Numbered from the stretch's first letter, positions 29,595 through 38,136 are shown. The stretch is DNA of 38,136 nt from an uncultured Ardenticatenaceae bacterium (GCA_964421605.1 CAYQYJ010000005.1:1-38136); one strand, 5' to 3'. Notes: generated by a model not told the origin, from the letters alone. Program-made: numbers and translations.

Positions 29595-30482
29595 TCAACC
29601 AGACTGTTGCCGCCGTGGTTTCGGCTTGCGCACGCGCTGTCTACGACGAACGCTCCCGCCTAGTTTGTCATACCGCCTTAAGATAAGGAGTACCCCGGCT
29701 ACCGCCAGAGCCAGAGCCAGCAGCATGGAATAGGTGATAGGGCTGCTGCCCACCGTAGGTTGGTCAGGACGGAAGAACTCCACCCAGGCGCGTCCCCCGC
29801 CCCACCAGATGAGAAAGGCGCCAAACAACGTACCCTTCCGCCATTGATCGCGGAAACGGCGGTTGAGATAGGTCAATAAAAAGAAGCCCGCCAATAACCA
29901 CAAGGATTCGTACAAAAAGGTGGGATGAAAACGGGTGTCTGGTGGATAAAGCGCCAGGTCGTTGTATGGCGCAATTCGGTTATCAATCAAAATACCCCAG
30001 GGCAGTTCGGTGGGGGGACCATACAGCTCTTGATTGATGAAGTTACCCCAGCGACCTACGGCTTGCGCCAGCAGCAGCGTGGGGCCAGCCACGTCGGCGT
30101 AATCCCAAAAGCTGAGTTTGCGCCATTTGACATAGAGCAAACCAACCAGGGCCGCGCCCACAAAGCCGCCCAGGATGTTGGCTCCGCCCGCGCGGATGTT
30201 GATAACGTCCAGGAAAGAGGTATAGGCGGCGCTGTTGCCGGCAATGACCGCATCCTGAAAGACGTACCACAACCGCGCAAACAAATAGCCAAACAAGACA
30301 ACCAACAGCAAGCCATTGTACAGGTCGTCTACGCTCTGGCCTCGTTTTTCGATCTCGCGCCCGGCCCACCAGGCCCCCAGCACAATCCCCACCGTGATGA
30401 TAATGCCATACCAATAGACAGGAAAGCCATCGCCAATGGGTATGGTAAACGCAACGGGATCAATCTGTAGAAAATCAAGCAT
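29595..30482 (-). CDS. lgt: Prolipoprotein diacylglyceryl transferase
   Basis: [16 protein letters not shown] and [13 protein letters not shown] motifs. The ATG at 30482 is preceded by AAGGAA. The ORF-track start at 30509 is a TTG that overlaps the upstream gene. Confidence 0.9.
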   Translation of the reverse strand: MLDFLQIDPVAFTIPIGDGFPVYWYGIIITVGIVLGAWWAGREIEKRGQSVDDLYNGLLLVVLFGYLFARLWYVFQDAVIAGNSAAYTSFLDVINIRAGGANILGGFVGAALVGLLYVKWRKLSFWDYADVAGPTLLLAQAVGRWGNFINQELYGPPTELPWGILIDNRIAPYNDLALYPPDTRFHPTFLYESLWLLAGFFLLTYLNRRFRDQWRKGTLFGAFLIWWGGGRAWVEFFRPDQPTVGSSPITYSMLLALALAVAGVLLILRRYDKLGGSVRRRQRVRKPKPRRQQSG

Positions 30483-30501
30483 GAATCTATTCCTTACTTC
30501 C

Positions 30502-32064
30502 TCACTCAATGTAACCCAGACCGCGCAGCCGCTGCAGCAGGTTTTCGTCGTCTACTTCCAGCGTGGTTCCCACCGCCAGGTGGTCGCGTTGGTTCTCGAC
30601 GCGGCGAGCAATGCGCTGCAAGGTTTGGGTTAGTTGGATGGCTTCTGCCGGCATTTCCGCCAGGCGATTCTGCATCTCCAACGGATCGCGCCCTAAATGA
30701 AACAGTTCGTCAGGCTGCTGGTCAACCTGGACCAACTTCAAATCCCCCTGTACCACCGCCTGGCGTACTGCCAGACAACGAAACGGTTCCAGCAATTCCG
30801 GCTGGCGGCGCTCAATGGCGCGCACAAAGTTCAGCGGCGGATAAATCTCCGCATAAGCAGCCCCCTGCTCTGGGTCTTGACCGCGCACTGTTTGTTTCAA
30901 CGTCAGGTTGTGGATTTCGGATGGATCGAGGTGAGGCATATCGGGCAAAATGCCGGCAGCATCCAACAACGTGTGGTAAATGCGGCGTGTACTCACAGGC
31001 GTAGCCACGCGCATAGCAGAAAACTGCGCCGGCCAATTCAAGATCAACGGCACATGTACTAACTCCTGGTAAGCCACAAAAGCGTGCCCAAAATAGCCAT
31101 GCTCTCCCAGGCCATCCCCATGATCAGCCACAATAACCGTCAGCGTATTCTGCTGTTGGCGGCGTTCTGCCAGCGCCGTCCACAGTTCGCCCAAATAATC
31201 ATCCTGATACGCCACTTCAGCGTCATACATATCACTCAATACCTGCGCTTCCAGTTCGCCCAAGGGCTGCGGCAGCGGCGCGGCCCAACGGTACGCCTCA
31301 CGATTCCAATCGTGCAAAATGGCGCGCGCTTCCCGACTGTCGCGCATCTCAGGCGATATCCGGTCTACAAACTCAGCCGGAGGCCAGAACGGCAGATGGG
31401 TCTCCATCAAATTCAAAAACAGAAACAGCGGCTGCTCCCGCCGCTCCCTCTCCCGCTGGCGCAAGAACCAGACCACATCCTGCACCGAACGTTCATTTTG
31501 GCCCTTGAAACGCGCCAGGCGCGACCACAATGGCGTCAGCCAGGCGTTGAGCGAAACGCTAAAAGCCAGATCGGACTGGCCGAAAAAGTTCTGAATGGGA
31601 TAGGAAATGCGGCGCAAAAACTGGGTGTACTTTTCCGCCGCCACGTTTAGTGGCCAGGGAAAGCGGCTGGAACTGCGCGGCAAAGTCGGAATAGCTCCCC
31701 CATAATTATAGAAAGTCTGGAAACCGCGCTTAAAGCCGTTGTCCAGAATGCCTACCAGGGGATTGTTGCAGAACCCAATTGTCTGGTAACCCGCCGCGTG
31801 CAGCGCTTCCGCCAGGTGGGGGCGGTCTGGTCCCAGACTTTGGTTTGATTGCGTAACCTGGTGCGCCGTTGGGTAGAGACCCGTAAACAACGAGGCGTGG
31901 CTGGGTATCGTCCACTGCGCGGGCGATATCGCCTGTTCAAACAGAACGCCTTGCGCGGCAAAGGCGTCCAGAAAAGGCGTGGTCGGCTTATCATAACCAT
32001 AACACCCCAGGCGATCTGCCCTTTGGGTATCTAACACAATGAAGATAATGTCAGGTTGATTCAT
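30502..32064 (-). CDS. Sulfatase-fold (alkaline phosphatase superfamily) hydrolase/transferase
   Basis: IIFIVLDTQRADRLG is the metal-binding N-terminus. WTIPSHASLFTG occupies the position of the C/S-x-P-x-R motif. No signal peptide is visible. Start at MNQPDIIF (32064). Confidence 0.85.
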   Translation of the reverse strand: MNQPDIIFIVLDTQRADRLGCYGYDKPTTPFLDAFAAQGVLFEQAISPAQWTIPSHASLFTGLYPTAHQVTQSNQSLGPDRPHLAEALHAAGYQTIGFCNNPLVGILDNGFKRGFQTFYNYGGAIPTLPRSSSRFPWPLNVAAEKYTQFLRRISYPIQNFFGQSDLAFSVSLNAWLTPLWSRLARFKGQNERSVQDVVWFLRQRERERREQPLFLFLNLMETHLPFWPPAEFVDRISPEMRDSREARAILHDWNREAYRWAAPLPQPLGELEAQVLSDMYDAEVAYQDDYLGELWTALAERRQQQNTLTVIVADHGDGLGEHGYFGHAFVAYQELVHVPLILNWPAQFSAMRVATPVSTRRIYHTLLDAAGILPDMPHLDPSEIHNLTLKQTVRGQDPEQGAAYAEIYPPLNFVRAIERRQPELLEPFRCLAVRQAVVQGDLKLVQVDQQPDELFHLGRDPLEMQNRLAEMPAEAIQLTQTLQRIARRVENQRDHLAVGTTLEVDDENLLQRLRGLGYIE

Positions 32065-32272
32065 AGAGCCATTAGCATAACATGGAGATATAGGCGTCGC
32101 AAGCTTTACGTCGGCACAGATCAGTCCACATAGCATCTTGCGGCGCTTATGTTAAAATTGCCCCGCATCGTCATCCTTGCAAGCGCAATGCACTTTCCCA
32201 CTGTATTGTGCCCTACGAGGCGCCGTGCGTAATTGCGTCCGTCTCTGGTAGTTGTACAGTTGCTCTGATTTT

Positions 32273-33535
32273 ATGTATATTTCGCACCTCTCTTTGACCA
32301 ATTTTCGTAATTATGGCCGCCTGGAACTCGATTTCAAAACTGGCCCCGTTTTGTTATACGGCCATAACGCTCAGGGCAAAACAAACCTGCTGGAAGCGAT
32401 TTATTACCTGGCGACAACCCGCTCACCACACGCTGATACGGATCAGCAGTTGTTGAACTGGAACGCCAACGAATCAGATGAACCCATCGTTGTGGGCCGG
32501 CTGGTGGCTCAGGTGGTCACCAGCGATGGTTCCAAACTGCTTGAACTACGCCTCATCAAAGAACAAAAACTGCGCAACGGCCCCACTTTTCGCCGCGAAG
32601 CCCTGGTTAACCGCCGTCAGGTACGCCTGATGGACCTTATCGGACATCTACGCGCCACCCTTTTTCTGCCGGAAGATATTCAACTGATCACGGGACCGCC
32701 AGCCAATCGCCGCCGCTATGTAGACATCACCTTGTGCCAGGTTGATCCGACCTACTGCCGTAACCTGTCCAGCTATAACAAAGTGTTGGAACAGCGCAAC
32801 GCCCTGCTGCGCCAGATTAATGAGAGCGGTAGTGGGCGGGACGTGCTGCCCATTTTTACGGATAAACTGATCACGCTGGGGAGTTACATTTTTGCGCAGC
32901 GGGCTGCCCTGTTTGCCCATTTGGGACATACCGCTCAACGCATTCATTACGAAGACCTGACGAATCGCCAGGAGACAATCCGGCTGAATTACCTGCCCCG
33001 GCTGCAGGAGACGCAGGCGGGGCGCAGCCGCGAAGAAAATGAGGCGGTAACGGAAATGATGGCGTTGGCTGATTGGCTGCATGAGCAGCCGGCGGGGAAT
33101 CACAAAGCCATTGCGGCTCGCTTTCGTGAGGCTGTGGACGGCTGCGTGGATCAGGATATCGCTCGCAGCAGCACTACCCTGGGCCCCCATCGCGACGATT
33201 GGTTTTTCCAGGTTAACGGACGACCGCTGTCCAGCTATGGTTCACGCGGTCAGCAGCGCAGCGCCATGCTGGCTCTGAAACTGGCGGAAATCGCCTGGAT
33301 GAAAGCGGAAACAGGGGAGACGCCTATCTTGCTGCTGGATGAAGTGGTGGCGGAACTGGATGAACGCCGCCGGGCGCTCCTGCTGCAAGTCACCCAAAAC
33401 GCCAGCCAGGCCATTCTCACGACTACAGATCCTGGCATGTTTCCCCCTGGTTTTTTGCAGGGAGCGCAAACGCTGCGCGTGGATAAGGGGCGGGTCGCCA
33501 GCGATGTCCCATTTGCGGCGGCAGCCGAACCATAA
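32273..33535 (+). CDS. recF: DNA replication and repair protein RecF
   Basis: MYISHLSLTNFRNY...GHNAQGKTNLLEAIYYL carries the Walker A. The C-terminal part has SRGQQRSAMLALKLAE and ILLLDEV. Confidence 0.9.
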   Translation: MYISHLSLTNFRNYGRLELDFKTGPVLLYGHNAQGKTNLLEAIYYLATTRSPHADTDQQLLNWNANESDEPIVVGRLVAQVVTSDGSKLLELRLIKEQKLRNGPTFRREALVNRRQVRLMDLIGHLRATLFLPEDIQLITGPPANRRRYVDITLCQVDPTYCRNLSSYNKVLEQRNALLRQINESGSGRDVLPIFTDKLITLGSYIFAQRAALFAHLGHTAQRIHYEDLTNRQETIRLNYLPRLQETQAGRSREENEAVTEMMALADWLHEQPAGNHKAIAARFREAVDGCVDQDIARSSTTLGPHRDDWFFQVNGRPLSSYGSRGQQRSAMLALKLAEIAWMKAETGETPILLLDEVVAELDERRRALLLQVTQNASQAILTTTDPGMFPPGFLQGAQTLRVDKGRVASDVPFAAAAEP

Positions 33536-33554
33536 GTGGCTGGCAGTGGAATTA

Positions 33555-34271
33555 CTAGAGGGGCTTTTTTGCCGGCATTCCCACCCGGCGCGGATAAACA
33601 GCAGAAGTCGAACGCAGTTTAGGAATCCGCACCAGAAAGTGCGGCATCTCCCGCTGCGGCAAATGTACGGGTGTAAGCTGCGCCGCCCCCCCGCCCAAAA
33701 TGGTAATTGCCGTCGCCGCCGCAGCTACTTCTGGCGCGGCGCTCTCCCCTTTTTGCGCCAGCGCCGCCCCCCCAACACGACACAACGGCAGCAAATATTC
33801 CACCAACACGCGCAGTTCAGCCACGCTGCGCGCCACAGCCCAATCATATTGCTCTCGATGGCGGGGATGATGACCCAGCGTTTCCGCCCGTTCCGCCAGG
33901 ATAATCACCCTAGACAACTGCAAAGCCGCGACTACCGCTTCCAGAAAGCGCGTCTTTTTGGCTACACTGTCTACCAACGTCAACTGCATGTCTGGATAAA
34001 GGATCTTAAGCGGCAGCCCCGGAAATCCTGCGCCCGTGCCTACGTCTATCAGGCGACGCCCGTTCAGATCGCCTGTAACTACCGCACAGCTTAGCGCATC
34101 CAGGAAGTGGCGCACTTCAATCTCTGCTGGCGCTGTGATAGCTGTCAGATTCATGCGCTCGTTCCAGGCCAGCAGCAGCGCCTGATACTGGGCAAACTGC
34201 GCTAACTGCGCCGCTGTCAACGCCAATCCCCAGTGCGCCGCTCCCTCAGCCAGAAGTTGTAACCCGGCCAT
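33555..34271 (-). CDS. rsmG: 16S rRNA (guanine527-N7)-methyltransferase
   Basis: WNERMNLTAI, IDVGTGAGFPGLPLKI and the overall length match GidB/RsmG. Confidence 0.9.
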   Translation of the reverse strand: MAGLQLLAEGAAHWGLALTAAQLAQFAQYQALLLAWNERMNLTAITAPAEIEVRHFLDALSCAVVTGDLNGRRLIDVGTGAGFPGLPLKILYPDMQLTLVDSVAKKTRFLEAVVAALQLSRVIILAERAETLGHHPRHREQYDWAVARSVAELRVLVEYLLPLCRVGGAALAQKGESAAPEVAAAATAITILGGGAAQLTPVHLPQREMPHFLVRIPKLRSTSAVYPRRVGMPAKKPL

Positions 34272-34273
34272 GG

Positions 34274-36091
34274 CTACTGTGTCCGCTCCAACTGCTTTGC
34301 TGTCCAGTCCAGGCGATACCGATCATACTGCTCGCCGCCAAACGTGGCTGGCGCATATTGCAGCCAGGGATGCACCATGATTTGTCTGGCGCGGGCATAT
34401 AATGGCGTCAGCGGCTCAATGCCATCCTGTGCAAAAAAGGCTCGCTCCACTTCACGATATATCTCCCAGCGTTCATCGGGAGAGGCTGTCACCTCCGCCG
34501 CCTCTATCTGCTCATCTACCGCGCTGCATGGTCGCCGCTCCCGATTCTCGCTTTGCGTACAGTGCAGCACGTCGCCCAACCAGTTGTGGGCATCAGGATA
34601 ATAGGACGCCCAGCCTAAATGCCATACGTCCGGGCGCGCTGTGCCCGCGTCGGCGCGCGTTTGCGCCAGCAGCGTGCCAAACTGCACCTGTTCCAGTTGA
34701 ATCAGTTCTTGTGGGCATTTTAACTCGTCAGCCCACATTTGCCGGATGAGTTCCGCCTGCTGCAATTCAATGTCCGAGGCACTGACCAGATAACGGATGC
34801 GGGGCATCAGGCGGCAGTCGCGAAAGGGGCCGTCAGCTAACTGCTGCCGCGCATAGTCGGCATTGTACCCTGTGCCAATTTCATCTCGCCGCGGCGCGCC
34901 TACCACGCCCTCTGGCGTGAAATGGCGCAAGGGAACGCCCAATCCTCCATACACTTCTTCGATCAGGCGCGCGCGGTCAATAGCTGCGCCAAAGGCGCGC
35001 CGCATTTCTGGCAAACTGAACACGGGGCTGTCAAAGTTATACGCCAGGTAGAAAACCTGCTGTTCGGAAACCAGCGTAAAACGCTGGGAAATCTCGGACA
35101 TGACGGTTTCGCGCATAGCTGCCGGCACGGGGGCTACATCCAGCGCCTTTTCTCGCCACAGATCGTAAGCCGCGTCTTCGTCTATGTGGAAGATGTTTAC
35201 GACATCCACGTTGCCATCAAACGGCAGGGGCCAAAACGGATTACGCAGCAAGCTGGTTTGCCTGCCGCTGACCGAAGAGCGGCTGAGCACATATGGCCCG
35301 TTGGTCCAGATATTTGCCGGCATATCCCACTCCGCCTCAGTTTCCTCAACGATCTCCGCGGGCAGCGGACGCAGCGTCCAAAGCGTGGTCAAAGCCAGGA
35401 AATGGTTGGCGGGCCGCGTGAGGCGCACCACCACTGTCTGCGCATCTTCTGCCGACACCTGCAGCAGGGTCATATCCACTGCCGCCGCATCAGGGGCGCG
35501 ATTGACGGCTTCACAGCCGTCAATAACATACAGGATAAAGACGTAGGGCGTATTGGTGCGGCTGTCGCAGGCGCGTCGAAATGCGTAAACCACGTCAGCA
35601 GCCGTTACCTGACGTCTTCGTTCCACCTGCCCGTCCTCTGTGGCGTGAACCCAATACACGTCATCCCGCAGCCGGAACGTCCAGGTCCTTCTATCGCTGC
35701 TAACCTGCCAACTGGTGGCTAAGAACGGTTCAATGCGCGCGTTTTGATAATTCTGGCGCGTTAAGCCCACATAAAGATTCTCCACCAGGTCCAGCGCTTC
35801 TTCATCAAGGGTCAGTTGCGGGTCAAGCCGCGGTAGTTCCGCTTCAGACATGCTGATATCTAACACGACAGGTTCGGCGGCGGCCGCCGCCGGCGCCACC
35901 GGGATCGTTGTTACGGGCACCTCAACCGTTTGCTCCACCAGACGGGTCACAACCCGTGTTCCCCCTTCCACTTCTACAATTTCGGTCACGACAATGACGT
36001 TGCTGCTCGGATTGTCACAAGCCAGCAGCAGCACCACACTCAAAGCAGCCGCCGCCACCTGGCTAAACCGAGAAATGAGCTTTCGCGACAA
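34274..36091 (-). CDS. ABC transporter substrate-binding lipoprotein, family 5 (peptide/nickel/opine type)
   Basis: TTG start after GAGAGGTG. The signal peptide ends in the lipobox LLLAC. LDPQLTLDEEALDLVENLYVGLTR is typical of SBP_bac_5. Confidence 0.85.
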   Translation of the reverse strand: MSRKLISRFSQVAAAALSVVLLLACDNPSSNVIVVTEIVEVEGGTRVVTRLVEQTVEVPVTTIPVAPAAAAAEPVVLDISMSEAELPRLDPQLTLDEEALDLVENLYVGLTRQNYQNARIEPFLATSWQVSSDRRTWTFRLRDDVYWVHATEDGQVERRRQVTAADVVYAFRRACDSRTNTPYVFILYVIDGCEAVNRAPDAAAVDMTLLQVSAEDAQTVVVRLTRPANHFLALTTLWTLRPLPAEIVEETEAEWDMPANIWTNGPYVLSRSSVSGRQTSLLRNPFWPLPFDGNVDVVNIFHIDEDAAYDLWREKALDVAPVPAAMRETVMSEISQRFTLVSEQQVFYLAYNFDSPVFSLPEMRRAFGAAIDRARLIEEVYGGLGVPLRHFTPEGVVGAPRRDEIGTGYNADYARQQLADGPFRDCRLMPRIRYLVSASDIELQQAELIRQMWADELKCPQELIQLEQVQFGTLLAQTRADAGTARPDVWHLGWASYYPDAHNWLGDVLHCTQSENRERRPCSAVDEQIEAAEVTASPDERWEIYREVERAFFAQDGIEPLTPLYARARQIMVHPWLQYAPATFGGEQYDRYRLDWTAKQLERTQ

Positions 36092-36327
36092 GAAGCACCT
36101 CTCAATGGCCGGGAGATAGCCCCAAAGTTACGCGGCGACCAGATTCTCTCTGGCGGCGCGTCACTCCAGGCTAAACTAATCAGAAACGTATGGGAAATCC
36201 ATCACACAGTCAAGCCAGGTTGACCATGATCCTGCACAAATCTGGCAAAAAATATCCCCGCCATGCTACCCCATCCCGCAAAGCACGACAAATTTCAGCT
36301 CAGGCGCCCCACATTGGTAGTTCCCCT

Positions 36328-36360
36328 AGAGTACAAAACTCTTTGAGACTTTTGTACTCT
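36328..36360. repeat. 33-bp AT-rich palindrome (family member B)
   Basis: AGAGTACAAAACTCT-ttg-AGACTTTTGTACTCT has 15-bp arms with one mismatch. It begins 15 nt after the stop of the 73-aa ORF. On the minus strand its arm matches element A in 14 of 16 positions. Confidence 0.8.
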
Positions 36361-36375
36361 CTCCTGAAGGCAGGT

Positions 36376-36597
36376 CTAGGATTCACGCCCCACCCAGAAA
36401 TGATGCAGTATGACATTGCCGGCAGGCCGTACCTGAACCTGATCCACTTGCTGCGTTTCTGCCAGCATGGCTTTGTTCACCAGGCACAGTTCGGGCGACT
36501 GACCATACTTATCCCGGTAGTACGCCACAGCCCGCTTGACCTTTTCTTCCAAAGAGCGAGATTTGTCATCATCCAACCATAACATACCCGTAATCAT
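36376..36597 (-). CDS. Small hypothetical protein (73 aa), partner of the FtsK-like ATPase
   Basis: The ATG at 36597 lies 8 nt after GGAG. Codon usage is coding-like. It is on the same strand, 66 nt downstream of the ATPase stop. No family recognised. Confidence 0.6.
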   Translation of the reverse strand: MITGMLWLDDDKSRSLEEKVKRAVAYYRDKYGQSPELCLVNKAMLAETQQVDQVQVRPAGNVILHHFWVGRES

Positions 36598-36663
36598 GTT
36601 GCACACTCCAAATGATAGTTCAATTCCATCCGGCCTCTGGCTGCTGGAGCCGATTGCGGCCGG

Positions 36664-37782
36664 CTAATGCGACGGGCTTAATTCGTCCAGATGGGGTCGC
36701 GTAGACAACGGATAAGCTGTTAACCTGGTTGTTGGCTGCCGTAACAACCAGTGGAGACAGTTGTCCATGTCCTGGCGATTAAAAGCCGCCGCCTGGAATG
36801 GCGTCGGCTCATCGCCCACAATAGCCAGAAAATCGCCTCCGCCCAGCAGATACTCAGCCTGGGAATCAGCAATGGCCGCGGCGGCTTGCGCCTGGCGCGC
36901 ATCTTCCACCTGTCCCACCAACCGTAGCGTAAGGTTGGCGCGCAGCAGATTATGCAGGCTGTCGGCGCCGGGGCGGCGGGTGGCGGTGAGTAGATGAATG
37001 CCGGCATCCGCCCCCCGCTGCGCCAATCGGATCAGGGGATCAAGGACAGGCTGACCGCCATCCTCCAGCAATGACACCAGATGATCCACCACGACCACAA
37101 TAACGGGCGCCTCAATCTTTTGCCGCAGGCGGTATTCCATTTCCTGCGCCAGGAACGCCAGCGTATCCGCCGACTCGGTAACCTGGCGCATGACGGGGGC
37201 CAGCATGTGGGGCAGATAATTAAAGGAATCCCAGGCCGAGGCCCCGGCAGCCCAATCGCCAGGGACATAATCAATCACTAGCAGTTGTAGGCGCGCCTGG
37301 CGGTTGGTCAACGCCAGAGATAACGCCATCGTTTGTAAGAGCGTGGTTTTGCCGGCATTCTCCCGCCCACAGACCAACACGTGCGTCACATCCCCTTGCT
37401 GCAAATCCAGCACCACCGGCTGTCCTTCTGGCGTCAACCCCAAGACCGCCGTGGCTGGCGGCAGTTCAGGCACGTACTTCAACAGCGCCAACAGCGCCAC
37501 CGGATAATCCTCGGTGGCGTCTGGCCAATCCCATTCCTGGGTTGGCGCCGCTGCTGCCGCCTCTGCCCCGCCCAGCGATTGCAGCGCTTGCTGGCCCATT
37601 GCCCACAGCCGCTGCCATCCCAGTTTTACCTGTTGGGTTACGTCACGAGCAGTTAAGGGCTGAACGTCGCGATTAACTGGTTCCAGGGACGCGCCAGCCA
37701 CGTCCATGGCCCACGCATATTGCCCTGATTCTTCCGCTGTCGGCGGTTCTTTCCAATTTGATGGGGAGCGCTGCTTTGTCAT
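36664..37782 (-). CDS. Soluble FtsK/SpoIIIE-like P-loop ATPase
   Basis: Walker A is VCGRENAGKTT and Walker B-like is PVIVVVVDHL. GIHLLTATRRP and AEYLLGGGDFLAIVG follow the FtsK_SpoIIIE motor-domain pattern. No TM segments and no obvious gamma domain. Start is ATG at 37782, with an alternative GTG at 37845. Confidence 0.8.
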   Translation of the reverse strand: MTKQRSPSNWKEPPTAEESGQYAWAMDVAGASLEPVNRDVQPLTARDVTQQVKLGWQRLWAMGQQALQSLGGAEAAAAAPTQEWDWPDATEDYPVALLALLKYVPELPPATAVLGLTPEGQPVVLDLQQGDVTHVLVCGRENAGKTTLLQTMALSLALTNRQARLQLLVIDYVPGDWAAGASAWDSFNYLPHMLAPVMRQVTESADTLAFLAQEMEYRLRQKIEAPVIVVVVDHLVSLLEDGGQPVLDPLIRLAQRGADAGIHLLTATRRPGADSLHNLLRANLTLRLVGQVEDARQAQAAAAIADSQAEYLLGGGDFLAIVGDEPTPFQAAAFNRQDMDNCLHWLLRQPTTRLTAYPLSTRPHLDELSPSH

Positions 37783-37892
37783 GGCATCTGACCATATTCC
37801 TATTCCTTGAAGCCTATCAAAATTACCCTCTCTCTCCAGTGGCACAACAGGGAGTATGTGGCCGTGAGGATAACATCACGATATTCCGCAGA

Positions 37893-37921
37893 ATCATAGA
37901 ACATTTGTTCTCATTCGTCAA
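37893..37921 (-). promoter_or_regulatory. Sigma-70-type promoter with an embedded LexA (Cheo-type) SOS box
   Basis: The minus strand reads TTGACG (37921-37916), the 17-nt spacer AATGAGAACAAATGTTC, then TATGAT (37898-37893). The palindrome AGAACAAATGTTCT (37898-37911) fits GAAC-N4-GTTC. Confidence 0.6.
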
Positions 37922-37981
37922 GGGGGTAAGGCGCGTTTGCGCATGAAGGCAGCGCAAATTTCTGGGCAATGCAGCTCCTTC

Positions 37982-38018
37982 CCCCAAACAAAACAGGCGG
38001 TTGACGCACCGCCTGTTT
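37982..38018 (-). terminator. Rho-independent terminator
   Basis: The minus strand reads AAACAGGCGG-tgcgtcaa-CCGCCTGTTT followed by TGTTTGG. This gives a GC-rich stem core followed by a T-rich tract. Confidence 0.6.
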
Positions 38019-38085
38019 GACTCCAATCTATATTTGGCTGCGTTTTACAGCTTTACGTATGGGCGCAGCCCGCCCGTTGAATTTT

Positions 38086-38136
38086 TTATGAGGTCTGCCG
38101 CAGCACCATCACCACTTTGCCTTGTACTGTCACGTC
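38086..38136 (-). CDS. 3' end of a truncated gene; the tail resembles a LexA (S24 peptidase) C-terminus
   Basis: The open frame at the window edge reads ...DVTVQGKVVMVLRQTS-stop (TAA at 38086-38088). The pattern D-V-x-V-x-G-K-V-V-x-V-x-R resembles the last strand of Gram-positive and actinobacterial LexA proteins. Only 16 residues are visible. Confidence 0.3.
   Translation of the reverse strand, partial: DVTVQGKVVMVLRQTS

Noticed and set aside
36185-36213. Minus-strand TTGACT-17-TACGTT as a promoter for the solute-binding lipoprotein gene.
   Set aside because: The -10 is poor (only the TAnnnT positions match) and there is no supporting feature. It is left unannotated.
37823-38026. 67-aa minus-strand ORF (MESNRRCVNRLF...).
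   Set aside because: It spans the terminator hairpin, the -35/-10 elements and the SOS box. It is Cys/Arg-rich with no SD, so it is almost certainly non-coding.

Overview
GC-rich (about 60%) bacterial chromosomal segment with about 31 credible protein-coding genes. I found no rRNA, tRNA, CRISPR array, transposase or integrase. Gene content and regulatory motifs (Cheo-type LexA boxes, very short-leader promoters, MoxR/DUF58, DUF456) suggest a monoderm or Terrabacteria-type organism, possibly Chloroflexota; this is inference only. Housekeeping genes present are pyrG, guaB, lgt, recF, rsmG, an M42 peptidase and a DHH-CBS-CCA-adding enzyme fusion. Accessory modules: (1) MoxR ATPase, DUF58 protein and a DUF4129-like membrane protein, followed by an orphan Roadblock/LC7 gene with its own strong promoter and terminator. 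(2) A five-gene minus-strand cluster: ECF sigma factor, ZAS anti-sigma factor, two very large double-FtsX permeases (1110 and 903 aa), and one polypeptide carrying two ABC ATPase domains joined by an AbrB-like linker. (3) A VOC plus DinB-family operon. (4) A soluble FtsK/SpoIIIE-like ATPase plus a 73-aa protein. The most interesting signal: the window has exactly two GAAC-N4-GTTC (LexA/Cheo-box) palindromes. Both sit inside the 17-nt spacer of near-consensus -35/-10 promoters, one upstream of VOC-DinB and one upstream of the FtsK-like ATPase pair. The FtsK-like pair lies directly downstream of a terminator and a truncated ORF whose last 16 residues look like a LexA C-terminus. This points to an uncharacterised SOS-induced ATPase module next to lexA. 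Other non-coding structure: a two-member family of 33-bp AT-rich palindromes placed just after minus-strand stop codons, an 83-bp MITE-like hairpin flanked by a perfect 8-bp direct repeat, and a strand-asymmetric G-poor tract with a G4 motif and a 15-nt direct repeat in the sigma-factor divergent promoter region. Family assignments come from motif recognition by eye; no database search was run.
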